64,000 nucleotides of DNA from Heterodontus francisci (GCF_036365525.1 NC_090388.1:62769726-62833725), one strand, 5' to 3'; positions 34,544-48,026 are shown, numbered from the stretch's first letter. Notes: a model not told the origin generated them from the letters alone. Numbers and translations: made by a program.

Positions 34544-35285
34544 GGCCTGGGTTTACTGTATTAATAATGGTGAGGCATCAGTGTTATTGCAGGGCAAATC
34601 AGACAGCAATTTCTGACATCCATACATATACAGTTAAATGCAAAATTCCAGAGGTTGCTGTCAGAAATACGATGCTGCTTCACACCAGGGAGCACAGTTG
34701 GAGTCCTTGCCGATAGAATCGGGATTGAAAAATTTGGTACTGGTATGAAATTGGTGTACTTACCCACAAATACCACACTAAAAATGGCTGACAAAATTAG
34801 GGCTGGTGCATTTAGGAGTAAGTGAGCTTTTAACAGTGTAATAAGTGATAATTACTGCAGAACAAGGACTCTGGCACTGAAAAATTAATCTTACAAGTGT
34901 GCAGTCTCATTTCCTCAGAAGCAAATTAATGTTGCAGATTTGAAACTAGATATATATTTTATTTTTTCTGTCTCTTTTATCTCCCTCCCTTAAATCCATC
35001 TGTAATTCCCAATCTTTATTTCATTCTCTCTACATCAGTTAAATGTAATATATATTTTCCGCTTTATACTTCCTGGTTTGGATTCTGCCTGTCTCAGCGA
35101 GGAATCTACAATCTGATTGGTTGAAGAGCCTCACACCACAGATCCCCTGTAGAGGGCACCGTGCTAGAAAAGATGCCATATTAATGGAAATCTTCACTGA
35201 CAAGGCCACGAAAAGTCTGTGGGCAGTCAGCAGCGAGATGAATGGTGAAAGCTGGTCCTTCACTGCGGAGAGCAACATCTGGGTC
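34544..35285. mobile_element. Old Harbinger-like MITE
   Basis: Ends GGCCTGGGTTT and ACATCTGGGTC, each flanked by AAT (3-bp TSD). 34600-34662 is homologous in reverse orientation to about 44838-44898. Confidence 0.55.
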
Positions 35286-36344
35286 AATAATATTCCTTTG
35301 CTATTTTAAATAAGACAAGTCCTCAATTAAAATGCAGAGAAGTCTCATATAAAGGTGTTAAGCAGTCATCTGCTAATGTAGTATCACCAACACTAACTTT
35401 TAGCCTTCAGTGTTTCTCCCCTCACCTCCTCTCCACCCAAGAGAAAGCATGTTACACTGGACTATTCTGAAATGCTAATTCTTATAAAGGGTCTCATTTA
35501 ACTGGTTGTTACGGTTGCCCTTTATTGCTGCACTTAATAAATTATGCTTTAGAACTGTTGGTCACAAGCAGACTGAGAGCAAAGGGAACTTTTCCTGAGA
35601 CACCACAAATTTCCATGTCAGTGTCATTGTGAATAGAAGAGTTAGTCTCCATTCATGATGTCATAATGTTAGAACGCAGCATTTACACAAGTGAAACTTC
35701 ACCCATCTGAAAATAATAAAAAATATTGTCAATGCTGCTGGTGGTGGTGCAGTGTGTACTCATGAGTCAAAATGACAGCCTGAATGAATTTTTTTTTGCA
35801 AGTCTGTTCTAAGAAGATTTTTTGTCCACTAAGTCTCTGGAATAAAGTGCTCTTTTGATCAAATATTTCATATCCAACTCAAGTCCTCCTTTGTTTACCC
35901 AGTTTCTGCAGAAGCAAGTCAATTAAGTTCCTATTTGCAATGCAAATTTTGTAGGACTGAATTCCCTGTTGGCCCTACTCAAGAGTGAGGGTGGTCACTA
36001 AACTGTTGGTGCTGTGATAACTCATCAGCCAGGTATGGGTTTCATACTGAGTGTTGTATGAAATGGGTCCTTAGTAAGACAACTCGGTGAGCCTTTCATC
36101 TTCAGGAAAATGCTGCCTTGTGCACCATGCTTTCATAGTTAGATACTAAATATTTCTGGGTTTGCAATGGTGAGTAGAGCTTATGGAATTTAGACTTGGC
36201 GCAAGTCACTGAATATCATACAAGTACAGCACATACAAGTACAACACAGCTTTGACTGGTACCCACAGTAATCCTGCTAGACTCACTCCAAGCATAACAA
36301 CACCTTGAGGGAGCATACCAGATTCAATCAAGGTACCAGGGTAA

Positions 36345-36702
36345 ATTAGATTAGATTAGATTAGAGATACAGCACTGAAACAGGCCCTTCGGCCCACCGA
36401 GTCTGTGCCGAACATCAACCACCCATTTATACTAATCCTACACTAATCCCATATTCCCAACAAACATCCCCACCTGTCCCTATATTTCCCTACCACCTAC
36501 CTATACTGGTGACAATTTATAATGGCCAATTTACCTATCAACCTGCAAGTCTTTTGGCTTGTGGGAGGAAACCGGAGCACCCGGAGAAAACCCACGCAGA
36601 CACAGGGAGAACTTGCAAACTCCACACAGGCAGTACCCAGAATCGAACCCGGGTCCCTGGAGCTGTGAGACTGCGGTGCTAACCACTGCGCCACTGTGCT
36701 GC
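36345..36702 (-). mobile_element. tRNA-derived V-SINE (HE1-like)
   Basis: Nearly identical to 18620-18983, with a (CTAAT)n tail. Confidence 0.92.
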
Positions 36703-36879
36703 ACATTATATCTGTACTCAGAGTCACTTCATGAACAAGTGCAAATGAACTGTGAGCTCATACCCACCCACCCTCCAAAAATAAAATATTTATCAATCAA
36801 AACAGAAAGTGTTGGAAATGCACAATGGATAGAGAGATGGAAATATCTCTTTCACAAACTAATGAAGTACCTTTTAAGT

Positions 36880-37195
36880 GACATGGCAAGTAGGTGCATG
36901 TCGAGGTCCCACAGCAGTAATTAAATAAATGACAAGATCATCTGTTTTAAGTGTTGCTTGAAGGATAAATGTTGGGCAGGACACTGAGAGGACTCTATTT
37001 CTATTCTTCAAATAGTGCTGTGAGATCTTTAACCTCCAACTAAGGAGACAGACAGGGCTCAATTAAACATTTCATCCAAAAGACAGCACTTCTAACAGTT
37101 CCGTGTACTCTAGTACTGCACTGATGTGCAAACCTAGATTATGGATCTAGACTCTGGAGTGGGAATTGAACTCACTTAGAGGTGAGAATGCTTTC
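36880..37195 (-). mobile_element. Decayed DeuSINE (SacSINE1/AmnSINE-like)
   Basis: Deu-domain-like GATCTTTAACCTCCA...TCATCCAAAAGACAGCAC...GTACTGCACTG...CCTAGATTATG and a head remnant GGAGTGGGAATTGAACTCAC. Confidence 0.7.
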
Positions 37196-37924
37196 CCTTC
37201 ATTCATTTCAGATTTATTGCTATATCAGGTGGGGTCTTTTCATCAGTAATAAATATAGTGGTACATTGGTCTCTCCCTGCTCGCCCCCCAATCAGTCATG
37301 TACCATTATGTAGGTTGGAGTAGTCTCTTCAAATACTCTAATATCAGCACCATAAATTAATTTAAAAGACACAGAGATGCAAAACAAAATGTCAATCTGT
37401 ATTTGATGTGGAACCCTTCAGTTTAAATGAGTTAAACTTTACTCCAGTGAGAAAAATTAAGGGTGGTCATATACAAAAGTACCAGTCAGCTTGCGAGGAA
37501 TCCATGTTCTAGGATTATGATAAAACCCCTGTGTGCCTTAAATTTAGACTACTTTAAATTCAGAGTTCATATTAAAATGACCTGAATGAAATATTTTCAA
37601 AAGATGTGGTGTATTGTGGAATGATGCTAGAACTTTAATTACCATTTAGCACAATATGAAACAGTTCCAACATGAGAGCTAGTTGACAAGTAGGAAGACT
37701 AATGGGCATCCATTTGCAGCTTTAGCAGAGCAGCTCAATACTCAGACTCCCATGAAACATAGCAGCAAAATTCTGTTACTTATTACATTTGCTCATGCAG
37801 TTGGCAACACAAATTACAAGAGACTATGTTTCTAGATCATTTAATCAGCTCTTGCACAGCTCACACACTACAGCAAGTTGTCTATCAGCCAGACCTTTAA
37901 CATATATAGTAAGTCTTCACTTAC

Positions 37925-38041
37925 CTATGCATGTTTTCCCATCTGAATGTAGAGCGTATTTCTGGTGACAGCCGCACACTGGTCCATTGTCTGCATCATC
38001 GCAGGTATGCTGACAACCCCCATTTCCATAGTTACAGGTTA
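37925..38041 (-). CDS. SCUBE1: SCUBE1-like exon encoding EGF-like repeat 5 (117 nt)
   Basis: gtgacag|TA ACC TGT...TGC ATA G|gtaagt. Encodes (L)[51 protein letters not shown] matches SCUBE1 better than SCUBE2 or SCUBE3 as recalled. Confidence 0.95.
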
Positions 38042-38579
38042 CTGTCACACAGAAAGTGCAGGAAGGCAAAATGTAAATACAGAACTCTATTATATAGTCC
38101 ATTTCACAGCTCTGTATCCCTTACAGTTATATTAAACAACCATCGAAAGAGAGACATGATAGAACACGTAATTCATTCTTTGAGTGCTGATGTTAATTTG
38201 ATTTCTGAAAGATGAATAACTATCCCTACTTGTGAGTTGAATAAACTTAGGACGATACATTGTAATTACACTGCAGAATATTTATTATTTTGGATTCTTT
38301 TCCGAATTTGAAGTGGTGGGGGGCGGGGGGGGGGGGGGTGGTGGGGGCGGGGAGGAGTTGAAATGTCATGTGCAGCATAAACAGTGGCTAATACTTCCTA
38401 GAACATCTGGGGTTACCACCTTTCGCCAAATCAAAACTGGATCAGAATAGTGGCAGAGCAGGTATGAGTTCATGGCTTAAGTTTTGATATTTGCCTTGCT
38501 GATGATGCAAATTCATTGCACACTGTAACAATTAACGCACTCGCATGACCAAACACAGAGGTAAGGGGAGAAAATTAAA

Positions 38580-38705
38580 ATAAGAGCAAAATAATGTGGA
38601 TGCTGGAACTCTGAAATGAGAACAGAAAGTGCTGGAAGTACTCAGCAGGTCTGGCAGCATCTGTGTAGAGAGAAACAGAGCCAACGCTTCAGGTCTGAAC
38701 CTTGT
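38580..38705 (-). mobile_element. Penelope 3' terminal fragment
   Basis: TGCTGGAAGTACTCAGCAGGTCTGGCAGCATCTGTG matches 881-918. Confidence 0.75.
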
Positions 38706-39994
38706 TTTTAAAACATGCCTTTTGATGTGCAACTTGCGTTTTAGGAATTTATGGACTGCCTACACAAACATAGGGAGGTTTGGTCTGGATGGATGGCAAT
38801 CCGACTGCACATCTTGTGATGCAAACTCCTGATATTAAATTGGTAAGAATGTATATGGAACATTGGCTAAATATATCCACTTATTAGAAATATTTCAAGC
38901 CTCCAGTCCAAAGTAGCAAGATCAGCATTCCTGCAAAGGAGGAGCATTCTACAAAGGGAAGAATCGTAATGCTCCATCTTGAATGGCATCACTATGTGAT
39001 GAAACAATGTGATGGCTGGAGTGGTAAACATTGCTGGTGTTTCTTTGTAACTTTCTATTTTCTCCCTTTCACTCCTTCAGATGTCTTTGTATCATTGGCT
39101 CCTTCCAATTGGTGTGAGCCACCTAACAACCTACTCCCAGTCTCCTGACAATGCAAGTCTCTATACAGCCAATGGAACGTGTACAAAATATGCCTCAAGA
39201 TGAACTTCCGTTGCTCCAGCAATATATCTGCGGGGAGATTTCACAAATGCACACTTCCTGCACCAAGCTTCCCTTGTTGGGAATGCATCTTTGAAAATCA
39301 TGCAGCCACCTCCCACAATTTTCCATCAATTAAAATGAATGGATAAAAAGTCATGGGAGGCACCTGCTGCCCTGAGCTGTGTTCCTATCAGGTGACACTC
39401 TGCATCCGGAGTATGTGTACATAAACCTCAACTTCTGATCTCTACTCCGTGGCACCTTGGCAGCAGGGCTTAGAACAGGAATTCATTGTGTGGAGAATGG
39501 TACTCTATTGCTCCAGGCTGTACTATTTTCTAGAATACTACCTAGATCATTCAACTAACATTCCCTAAATGGTGAGTAAATTGTGATTGCAGCAAATGTT
39601 AATGTTACATTTTGCTCAGAATCAGAGAAATAAAAAGTAAATTAATTATCAAATGGCTAAATAACTTTTAGTTTTTAAGAAATATGAATATTTTCCATCA
39701 TACATTAATGTATATTATACATATACATACGTTCATACATCACCCATGACATTGCACACAGGAAATCAAGTCATTCTACAATGTCAAGACCAAGCCTGGT
39801 CTTCTGGGAAGGATGGTTAGAGGACAAGGAATATTTGGACCAGGGCACACAGACATAATGCAGTTCCTATTTTAAAATTATGCATGCTGCTCTTAGTCTT
39901 ATATATTTGCATTTTAAATTCTTATGTCCACAATTATAATGGAAATGGCTAATGTAAACATGCATACTGTAATCACCTTTGCACCAGCAGTGAT

Positions 39995-40085
39995 GTTACA
40001 GCCTAGATTGTGTACTCAAGCACTGGAATGAGGCTTGAATCCACAAACTTCTGACTCAGAGGACAGACTGCTACCAGTGAGCCAG
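39995..40085 (-). mobile_element. DeuSINE head fragment
   Basis: CAGCCTAGATTGTGTACTCAAG...CTTGAATCCAC...TGCTACCAGTGAGCCA, homologous to the head of 36880-37195. Confidence 0.6.
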
Positions 40086-40199
40086 TTGACGCTTTTTATT
40101 CCTATATATAGCTGTGATTCTACTAGAGCTTTTAAACGGTTCAATTAGAAACAATAAATGATAAACAAAATATATTGTTCCATATAAATCAGAAGCACT

Positions 40200-40490
40200 T
40201 TAGAGAGTGTTAAAAGATGGCCATTTCGCACTGAGATGAACAAAAATTTCTTCACTCAAAGGGTTGTGAATCTTTGAAATTCTCTATCCCAGAGAGCTGT
40301 GGATGCTCAGTCATTGCGTATATTCAAGCCTGAGATCAAAAGATTTTTGGTCTCTCAGGGAATCAAGGGATATGGGAATTGAGTGGGGAAGTAGAGTTGA
40401 GGTTGAGGATCAGCCATGATCTTATTAAATGGTGGAGCAGGTTTGAAGGCTGTATGGCCTACTGCTGCTCCTATTTCTCATGTTCTTAGC
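40200..40490 (+). mobile_element. CR1 3' fragment
   Basis: EMNKNFFTQRVVNL-like coding remnant followed by the CR1 3' UTR (GATCAGCCATGATCTTATT). Confidence 0.85.
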
Positions 40491-42304
40491 TCCCAGTTTC
40501 AATTTCTGAACTGTATTGAGTTATATGAATTTGGTCAAGGTGACAGTAGGGACACAGCAATTGCCTTCAGTGTCTTAGATTAGAAAGAGGAAAATCAGAC
40601 GGCATTCTGGTTCCTGGTTGTTCTCCAAGACCAATTTCATATTTATGAAGATTGATTGGACTGAGCTATAATGCCTCTATGATTTAATAATCTGCCAGCA
40701 TTCCCTACTTAAGAAATAAAGATACTGGGTTGGCAATGGAGGCCTCAGAAGGTTGTCAGCTGTTTATTCTATATTCAGTTTGATCTCTTTAATCACAAAT
40801 TCTCAAGAGCTGGCGGGCAGAAGCTGGTGATCATCTGCACTATGTATGAGTACCAAAGGGCAACTGTTCCCTTAGAACTGTATCGCAGCAGATGTCTATG
40901 GCTCAGAATTTCCTCAGATCTTCTCCTGCTCCACTGCCATGACATGACTAGACGTGTAATGCAAGTAAACAGAGTTTCTGTTGCACTTCCAGTGAAGTTA
41001 TGACAGTGAAGCAGGAGTGCCTTAGAGGAAATTCTAGGTAAATTGGTAGGCAAAGAGGAACTGTGAAAATTAGCAGTTAGATTGGGAAGCCTTCCCAATT
41101 GCTTTTGGGTGAAGGGGAGAGAAGGAAAATGCTCATCTATGATTTCTTGACTTGAGAAAATGTGCCACACTTCAGAAAAAAATCTGTAAATATTGTAAAA
41201 TAAAAATTGCGAGTAATAAGTGGACTTCAGTTTGGCCAATTTAGTTGTTGCATGAAACAATAATTGCATTAAACAATAATTTTTTAAATTATATTCTGTT
41301 TGCAATCAAAATAGGTTCTAAAATGTTGAGTTAGCCAAACATATTGTTTCCTTTTTTAAAATCAATTTCGAGGTTGAATAAAATGATTAGAAATACTCAG
41401 GTATAATTTCCACAGGGCTTTTCCTGAGAGATACAAACCCCAGTGAAAAAGCACAAATGGTTATTAATGCCAATGCACTGCTGGCAGTGGCCCTTAGCTA
41501 GATGCTGGGAGAAGAAAGGGTGCAGCCGTCACGAGGGGCTCCGTACAGCAACCATGAGAGAGAAGGATGCAGCAGCCAGAAGGGTGCCCAGCACCGGTTT
41601 ATTTTCAGGAAGACTAATTTTACAAAGAGGGCATGAAACAGCATTAAGCCCCCTATTTGCATGTGTAAAGGGTCTAACGCCTGATTCAGGCATGGGTCCT
41701 GAATGCCTCCTTTGCTGTCTTTACTGGAAACTCTTGACTTAGGAACAGAGACTCCCTACGTCGAGCGTTCCTACTCTGGCATTTCATCAGTGCAGGTACA
41801 TATCATTTCACCAGGCATAAATGTTCAACAAGGGCAGAAATGAAGCTGGCCACTGGGCTCTGGACCTCTGAAGGTTGTAGGGGATTTCTTTCACATTTAA
41901 AAGTTGCATCCTGACATAGGGACCATAAAGGCAGATGGATTTGTCTTCAAGAGGGAGGGAAAATCTGCATACTCCAGCAAACCAGTTTATGGTGGCATTT
42001 TCAGGGTCCTTAGTGAGAGAATGCTGTGGTTGTGCCTCCAAAGTACCCAAAAGCTTGCTCAAGGAAGTCCCTGATCCTGACCACATGAAATTCAGTGAGG
42101 TTAGCAACAAAGTTCAACAACAAGTGTGATCCCAGTTTCTGCCTACCTTTCTAAAATGCTAAGTTGCAAAATCAGGAGGAGTGTATTGAAAGCAGGAGGA
42201 GTGTACTGAAAACTCATTCATATAAAGACAGAAAAAAAACGTGGCATTTGGTTTTTACAAAATATCACCCATTTCTTTGTGCCACAAGCATGTGAATAGA
42301 CAGC

Positions 42305-42690
42305 ACAGAATCATAGAGATTTACAGTACAGAAGGAGGCCATTCGGCCCATTTTGCCTGTACTGGCTCTTCAAATGAACAGTCCTGCTTTGTCCTGCACA
42401 CTCGCTTTTTGTCTGTAATCATGTAAGTTTCTCATTCTCAACTACCTGTCTAATTGCCTTTTAAATTTATTTACAGAATCAGCTTCCACCATTTTTTCAG
42501 GTAGAGCGTTCCAGATCTCTGAGTGAAAAATATTCAACTCACCTCCTCTCACGATCCTTTGGCAATGATAAAAAGTGTACGGTTATTGACCCAAGCACCG
42601 GAGGAAATAGCTTTCTCTATCTACTCTATTAAAACCTCTGATGAGGGCAACATCCTAGTAAACCTCCCCTCTACCCTCTCTAAGTTATTT
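42305..42690 (-). mobile_element. CR1 3' fragment
   Basis: ACAGAATCATAGA tail, GAAGGAGGCCATTCGGCCC and a degraded RT C-terminus. Confidence 0.7.
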
Positions 42691-43072
42691 ACATATTACA
42701 TTTTCACTTTACTGGATACAAATGCTACTTTCAAAGCTTTTGTTTTGATTGTGGAATAAAAAATAAAGTCCCAAAAAGACAAATGGTTAAAACAATTTGC
42801 TTTTATAAGCTTTACACCCACTGTCTAGGCTCTCATGTGAAGACTGGGCACTTAGGTGAAATTCTGGAATGCAGTTGGGTCTATGGAACCAAACCCTGAC
42901 AACGCTCCATGCTGTAAGCACATGAAAGGAGCTACAATGCACATGAGACTGAAGAGTTGGAGTACAAAACAGGATTTACTGTATTTTGTGAGAAAAGGTT
43001 GGGAAAACCCAAAAACAGATGTGTGTCTTCAGAGAAAGGGCAAGGTATACCTTAGCATCTACAGCTACCTAC

Positions 43073-43198
43073 ATGTGCAGTCCCTCTGGTTTTTGGCGAT
43101 CTCAAAGCCAGGCCTGCATTCACAGGCCACCCCACCCTTCGGTGCCTCTCGGCAGATATGTGCACATCCATGATCTTTGTTCATACAGTTCATGCCCT
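43073..43198 (-). CDS. SCUBE1: SCUBE1-like exon encoding EGF-like repeat 4 (126 nt), not in the ORF track
   Basis: ctttctttacag|AG GGC ATG AAC TGT...GAC TGC ACA T|gtaggt. Encodes (E)[41 protein letters not shown] and joins the next exon in frame (T+TA = Leu). Confidence 0.95.
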
Positions 43199-43859
43199 CT
43201 GTAAAGAAAGAACAGTATAGGAACAGAGGAAAAACAATTAGATTACAAATTAAACATATGCAATCACTTCACCATTTTATAACAGTCATTGGTACCTCTT
43301 GGCTAAAGTCTAGCCATCTACTGGTACTAAATATACAATTTGGGTTACATTACAACTCTTCCAAACTTGTTTTACAGCAAAAGAGAGATATTGGGTACAA
43401 CTATGGTCATTTAGTTAAAATATCAGTTAATCACACATTTCCATTTCTTTTCTTTTTTTTCTGGATCTGGCTATGCTCACATCTCTTTTGCCAAGGCAAG
43501 CATGTACGTTGCTCCCAGACACTTGCTAATGCTCCCTTCGGTGCTTACTTGATGACAAAAGGTGCAACCCACGCAGGATATCCTTGATTGACTCTTCTCC
43601 TACAGAAAGATCTCAAAGACTCTACCTGCATTTCCCTATCTGAAGAAGCTCAGATCAAAGTTGAATATAGTGAACACTTGAACCTCCACCCCATATATAT
43701 TGTGTCTCCCTTTGGAGATTGTGCCAATCATATATGTATTTATAACACATCTCTGCCTGATCTGAAATGCAGCTATTCCTGTGGGTGTCATTTTTATGTC
43801 AAATTCCTGTGTGCAGTATTTTCATGTGCATTAAACCATTATACAAAAGAAAAGCAAAA

Positions 43860-44115
43860 GTAGGGCAGCAGAGAAGTGGGGACGGAGGTGGCTGAGCAGG
43901 TGGCCATAATCTTGAATGAGAAATTGTCCATGAGTTCTTCAGGCCTACTATCAGAGGTGAACAAGGAAGGAATGGAGAAAGGAAGTCTAAGGTGGTAGTG
44001 GTGGCGAAGTGGAGCGTGGAGCTCTCTTTTCTCTCCAGATTGAGCCTGCAATAAGAGGAGAGTAATAGGTTCATGGAGTGATTTCTAGTCATTATGATCA
44101 ACTGAGGACTGAAAC
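43860..44115 (-). mobile_element. L2-like LINE fragment
   Basis: Degraded linker peptide (..EELMDNFSFKIMAT..) resembling L2 ORF2. Confidence 0.45.
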
Positions 44116-44299
44116 AATTGTTTTAAAATTCTGAAGGTTTGTTATTGGAATTTATAGCATTAGCTGAAGCCTTGGTGATATTAAACATTTGTCATCACTT
44201 CTGATTAATCATTGCTTTCCCTAGAATATATGTCAGTTTGTAGATTTTATGGAGTTCTGTTGCCAAGAAAAATGTACAAATTCAGTTATACAATCCATT

Positions 44300-44967
44300 G
44301 GTCTGGATTTTGCAGTCAGCGGCTAAAGCTACTCGCAAAGATTTAGTGATCTGTGTGCCATGGATTATACCTCTCCCACCTAGTCAAAATCTCCAGGCAT
44401 CCAGCAACAGTGATGTCATCAAGCAGGATAAGCAACATTGAAGAATTCGAACAGATAGCAAACCAAGAAGTAAAAACTACCATCTGTCCTTCACATTTTA
44501 TAAAATTTACAAAAAGTGAAATAAAGATTGGAACATACACCTTAGAAGCTGAAATATTAAACAAACCTTTAAAAAATCTTTTTAAAATATGAAATTATCA
44601 TAACTGAAAAATTTGACATTACATGGATTTAAAATGTGTTTTCCAGCATCAGAGAGGTTGTTCAGCATTAGTTATGACTTAGTACACCATTGAAAACCTA
44701 GGTACACTTCATTAACAAGAGCTTTTAAACAGCAAGATTACAGTGCAAAAGGAAAGTTCTCATTAGTTCAGTGAATTCTAAACATCCCATCTATGAGGAC
44801 TTCAACAGCGCACCCTGTGGAGAAGTAGAGAATCACTAACTGCAACTTTTGGATTTCCATATTTAACTACGTATGTATGAACACCAGAAATTGCTGTCAC
44901 TTTCACAGGGAGAGATGATGGCAAATGTTGACAGTTTCACTGTCATTACAGCTGCAAAACTTGGGTC
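44300..44967. mobile_element. Old Harbinger-like MITE
   Basis: TIRs GGTCTGGATTTTGCAG and CTGCAAAACTTGGGTC, flanked by ATT and AAT. Partly homologous to 34544-35285. Confidence 0.6.
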
Positions 44968-45374
44968 AATATCTCTTCATGCTTACGCTGCAAAATTTGC
45001 CATGAATTTCTTAATATATCACACAATACTACATTCACCTTCAAAACAAGATCTAAAAACCCCTATCAAGAAACAATACAGCACAAGAACAAAATATTTT
45101 TAAAAATCACAATCTGGTTTTGCTGTAACAATACACAGTATCGTCTGAACTCTTCAGGTGGGATTGCTACCTCATATACTGTGGTACATTAGTTAATATC
45201 TTATTTGCCTTAGTGTTGTGGGGTATCCATTTGATCTTTGAAGGAAGGCTGTCTTTGGAATCCCAGGAAATTTCATCAGATTTCCTAGAATGTTATTTCC
45301 CCTTTGCATGACCAGGTCTAGCAAGAATGGTGAGGGGGGAATTCGTGGAGTTATTTGTCATGTGCTGATTCATC

Positions 45375-45825
45375 TTCTTTTTCTTTTCTTTTTCTTTTTC
45401 TTTTGGGCCTCCTTATCTCGAGAGACAATGGATACGCGCCTGGAGGTGGTCAGTGGTTTGTGAAGCAGCGCCTGGAGTGGCTATAAAGGCTAATTCTGGA
45501 GTGACAGGCTCTTCCACAGGTGCTGCAGAGAAATTTGTTTGTCGGGGCTGTTGCACAGTTGGCTCTCCCCTTGCGCCTCTGTCTTTTTTCCTGCCAACTA
45601 CTAAGTCTCTTCGACTTGCCACAATTTAGCCCTGTCTTTATGGCTGCCCGCCAGCTCTGGCGAATGCTGGCAACTGACTCCCACGACTTGTGATCAATGT
45701 CACACGATTTCATGTCGCGTTTGCAGACGTCTTTATAGCGGAGACATGGACGGCCGGTGGGTCTGATACCAGTGGCGAGCTCGCTGTACAATGTGTCTTT
45801 GGGGATCCTGCCATCTTCCATGCGT
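45375..45825 (-). mobile_element. Young 5'-truncated RTE (BovB-like) LINE
   Basis: Open ORF 45450..45821 (RIPKDTLYSEL...GRPCLRYKDVCKRD...CSTCGRACHSRISLYSH). (TTTTC)n tail. TSD CTGATTCATC at 45365-45374 and 45826-45835. Confidence 0.93.
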
Positions 45826-45849
45826 CTGATTCATCAGAGATTCAATAAC

Positions 45850-46350
45850 TTCCATTTATGTAACATCCTTAATGTATGTGCTTCACAGGAGGATAATCAG
45901 AAAAAAGTTGACACCAAGCTAAAATAAAATATATTAGGAGAGGCGACTAAAAGCTTGATGAAAGATGTTGGTTTTAAGGAGAAACTGAAAGGACAGAAAG
46001 GTGGAGAGGCAGGCAGGTTTAGAGGGAAATCCAGAGATCAGGCTTAGATGACTGAAGGCACAGCAACCAATGGTGGGACATGAATGGAGAATGTGCAGAG
46101 ATCTTGGAAGGCTGTAGAACAGAAGGATGTTACAGAGATAGGGAAGGGTGAGGCCTTGGAGGGACTTGAACATGAGTAAGAGAATTTTAAATTTGAGGCA
46201 TTGCTGGACTGGGAACAATATAGGTCAGTGAGTACAGGAGTGATATGGGCAAGTGAGATTTTGTGTTAGTTAGGATATGGGTGGCAGAATTTTGATGAGC
46301 TCAAGCTTATGGAGGGAAGGGATGGAAGACCAGCCAAGAGAACATTGGAC
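45850..46350 (-). mobile_element. L2 LINE 3' fragment
   Basis: ORF 45934..46218 PVQQCLKFKILLLMFKSLQGL.LPYL, typical of the L2 C-terminus. Confidence 0.75.
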
Positions 46351-46351
46351 G

Positions 46352-48026
46352 CTGGAATAGAAAAAAGCTAGCCTCATTAATGATGATCATAAAACTATTG
46401 GATTGTTGTAAAACCCCATCTGTTTCACTAATCTGCTCTTTCAGGGAAGGAAGTCTGCCATTCTTTCCTTGTCTGGCCTACAGGTGACTCCAGACCCCCA
46501 GAAATGTGGCTGATTCTAAAACTGCCCTCTGAATGGCATAGCAAGCCACTCATATCAAGCCACTACAGAAAAGTTGAAGATGAATCAAACCAGATGGACC
46601 ACCTGGCATCAACCTAGGCGCTGAAAATTCAAAGGCATACCCTGCCCAGGCGACCCTGCAAAGACCTCCTCACCAACATCTGGGAACTTGTGCCAAAATT
46701 TGGAGAGCTGTCCCATAGACTAGTCAAGCAACAGTCTGATGTAGTTATACTCATGGAATCATACCATACATACAATTTTTTTGTGTCAATTGAGAAATTT
46801 GCTGATGACAAAAATTGGCCATGTAATTGATAGTGAAGAAGATAGCTGCAGACTCCGGAATGATATCAATGGTTTGGTTGAGTGGGCGGAAAAGTGGCAA
46901 ATGGAATTCAATCTGGAGAAGTGTGAGATAATGCATTTGGGGATGGCAAACAAAGTGAGGGAATACACAATAAATGGGAGGGTTTCGAGAAGGGTGGAAG
47001 AAGTGAGAGACTTTGGACTGCATGTCCACAGGTCCCTGAAGGTGGCAGGACAGATAGATAAAGTGGTGAAGAAGGCATATGGAATGCTTTTCTTTATTGG
47101 CTGAGGTATAGAATACAAAGGCAGGGATGTAATGCTGGAACTGTATAAAATGCTGGTAAGGCCACAGCTGGAGTACTGCGTACAGTTTGGGTCACCACAT
47201 TACAGGAAGGATATAATTGCTCTGGTGAGAGTACCAAGGAGATTTACTAAAATGTTGCCAGAGCTTGAAAGTTGCAGCTATGAGGAAAGATTGGATAGGC
47301 TAGGGTTGTTTTCCTTAGAACAGAGGAGGCTGAGGGATGACTTAATTGAGGTGTACAAAATTATGAGTGGCCTAGATAGAGTAGACAGGAAGGACCTGTT
47401 TCCCCTACCGGAGAGGTCAATTACTAGGGGGCACAGATTTAAGGTGACTGGTAGAAGGATTAGAAAGGACATGAGGAAAAGCTTTTTCACCCAGAGGGTG
47501 GTGGGTGTTTGGAATTCACTGCCAGGAATGGTGGTGGAGGCAGAAACCCTCAACTCTTTTAAAAGGTACCTGGACAAACACCTGAAGTGCTGTAACCTGC
47601 AAGGCTAGGGACCAGGTGCTGGAAGGAGGGATTAGATTGGACCTATACCACCAAGAAGGACAAAGGGAGCAGATGCATGGAAAAGCCACCTCCTGTAATT
47701 TCCCCTCCAAGTCACACATCAGCCTGACTTGGAACAATATCCCTGTTCCTTCACTATTGCTGGGTCAAAATCCTGGAATTCCCTCCCTAAGAGCACTGTG
47801 GGTATACCAAAACCAGATGGACTGTAGTGGTTTAAGAAGGCGGCTGACCACCACCTTAAGGGCAATTAGGGATGGTCAATAAGTTGTTTAAAGTTCATTT
47901 CATGGGATGTGGGCATCGCTGGCAAGGCCAGTATTTGTTACCCATCCCTAATTACCTTAAGAAGGTAATGATGACAAAGGCTGGGTCTTGCCAGCGACAC
48001 AAACATTGCATAAATGAATAAAAAAA
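46352..48026 (+). mobile_element. tRNA-headed LINE family: 5' UTR and EN start (46352-46770) and 3' end (47620-48026), with a CR1 between them and a short inverted 3' tip at about 47885-47970
   Basis: 46352-46770 is colinear with about 6497-6890, and 47620-48026 is colinear with about 9270-9562. Confidence 0.8.
46790..47618 (+). mobile_element. CR1 RT C-terminal fragment
   Basis: ORFs 46781..47104 and 47132..47608, very similar to 3510-4410. Confidence 0.92.

Noticed and set aside
40793-41305. 170-aa minus-strand ORF between SCUBE1 exons
   Set aside because: No domain similarity or exon signature, consistent with a chance ORF.
41400-42150. Possible further MITE with a GC-richer interior
   Set aside because: I could not define TIRs or a TSD with confidence.
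42173-42211. Direct repeat CAGGAGGAGTGTA(T/C)TGAAA x2, considered as CRISPR-like or a regulatory array
   Set aside because: Only two adjacent copies with no spacers in eukaryotic intronic DNA, so a simple tandem duplication.
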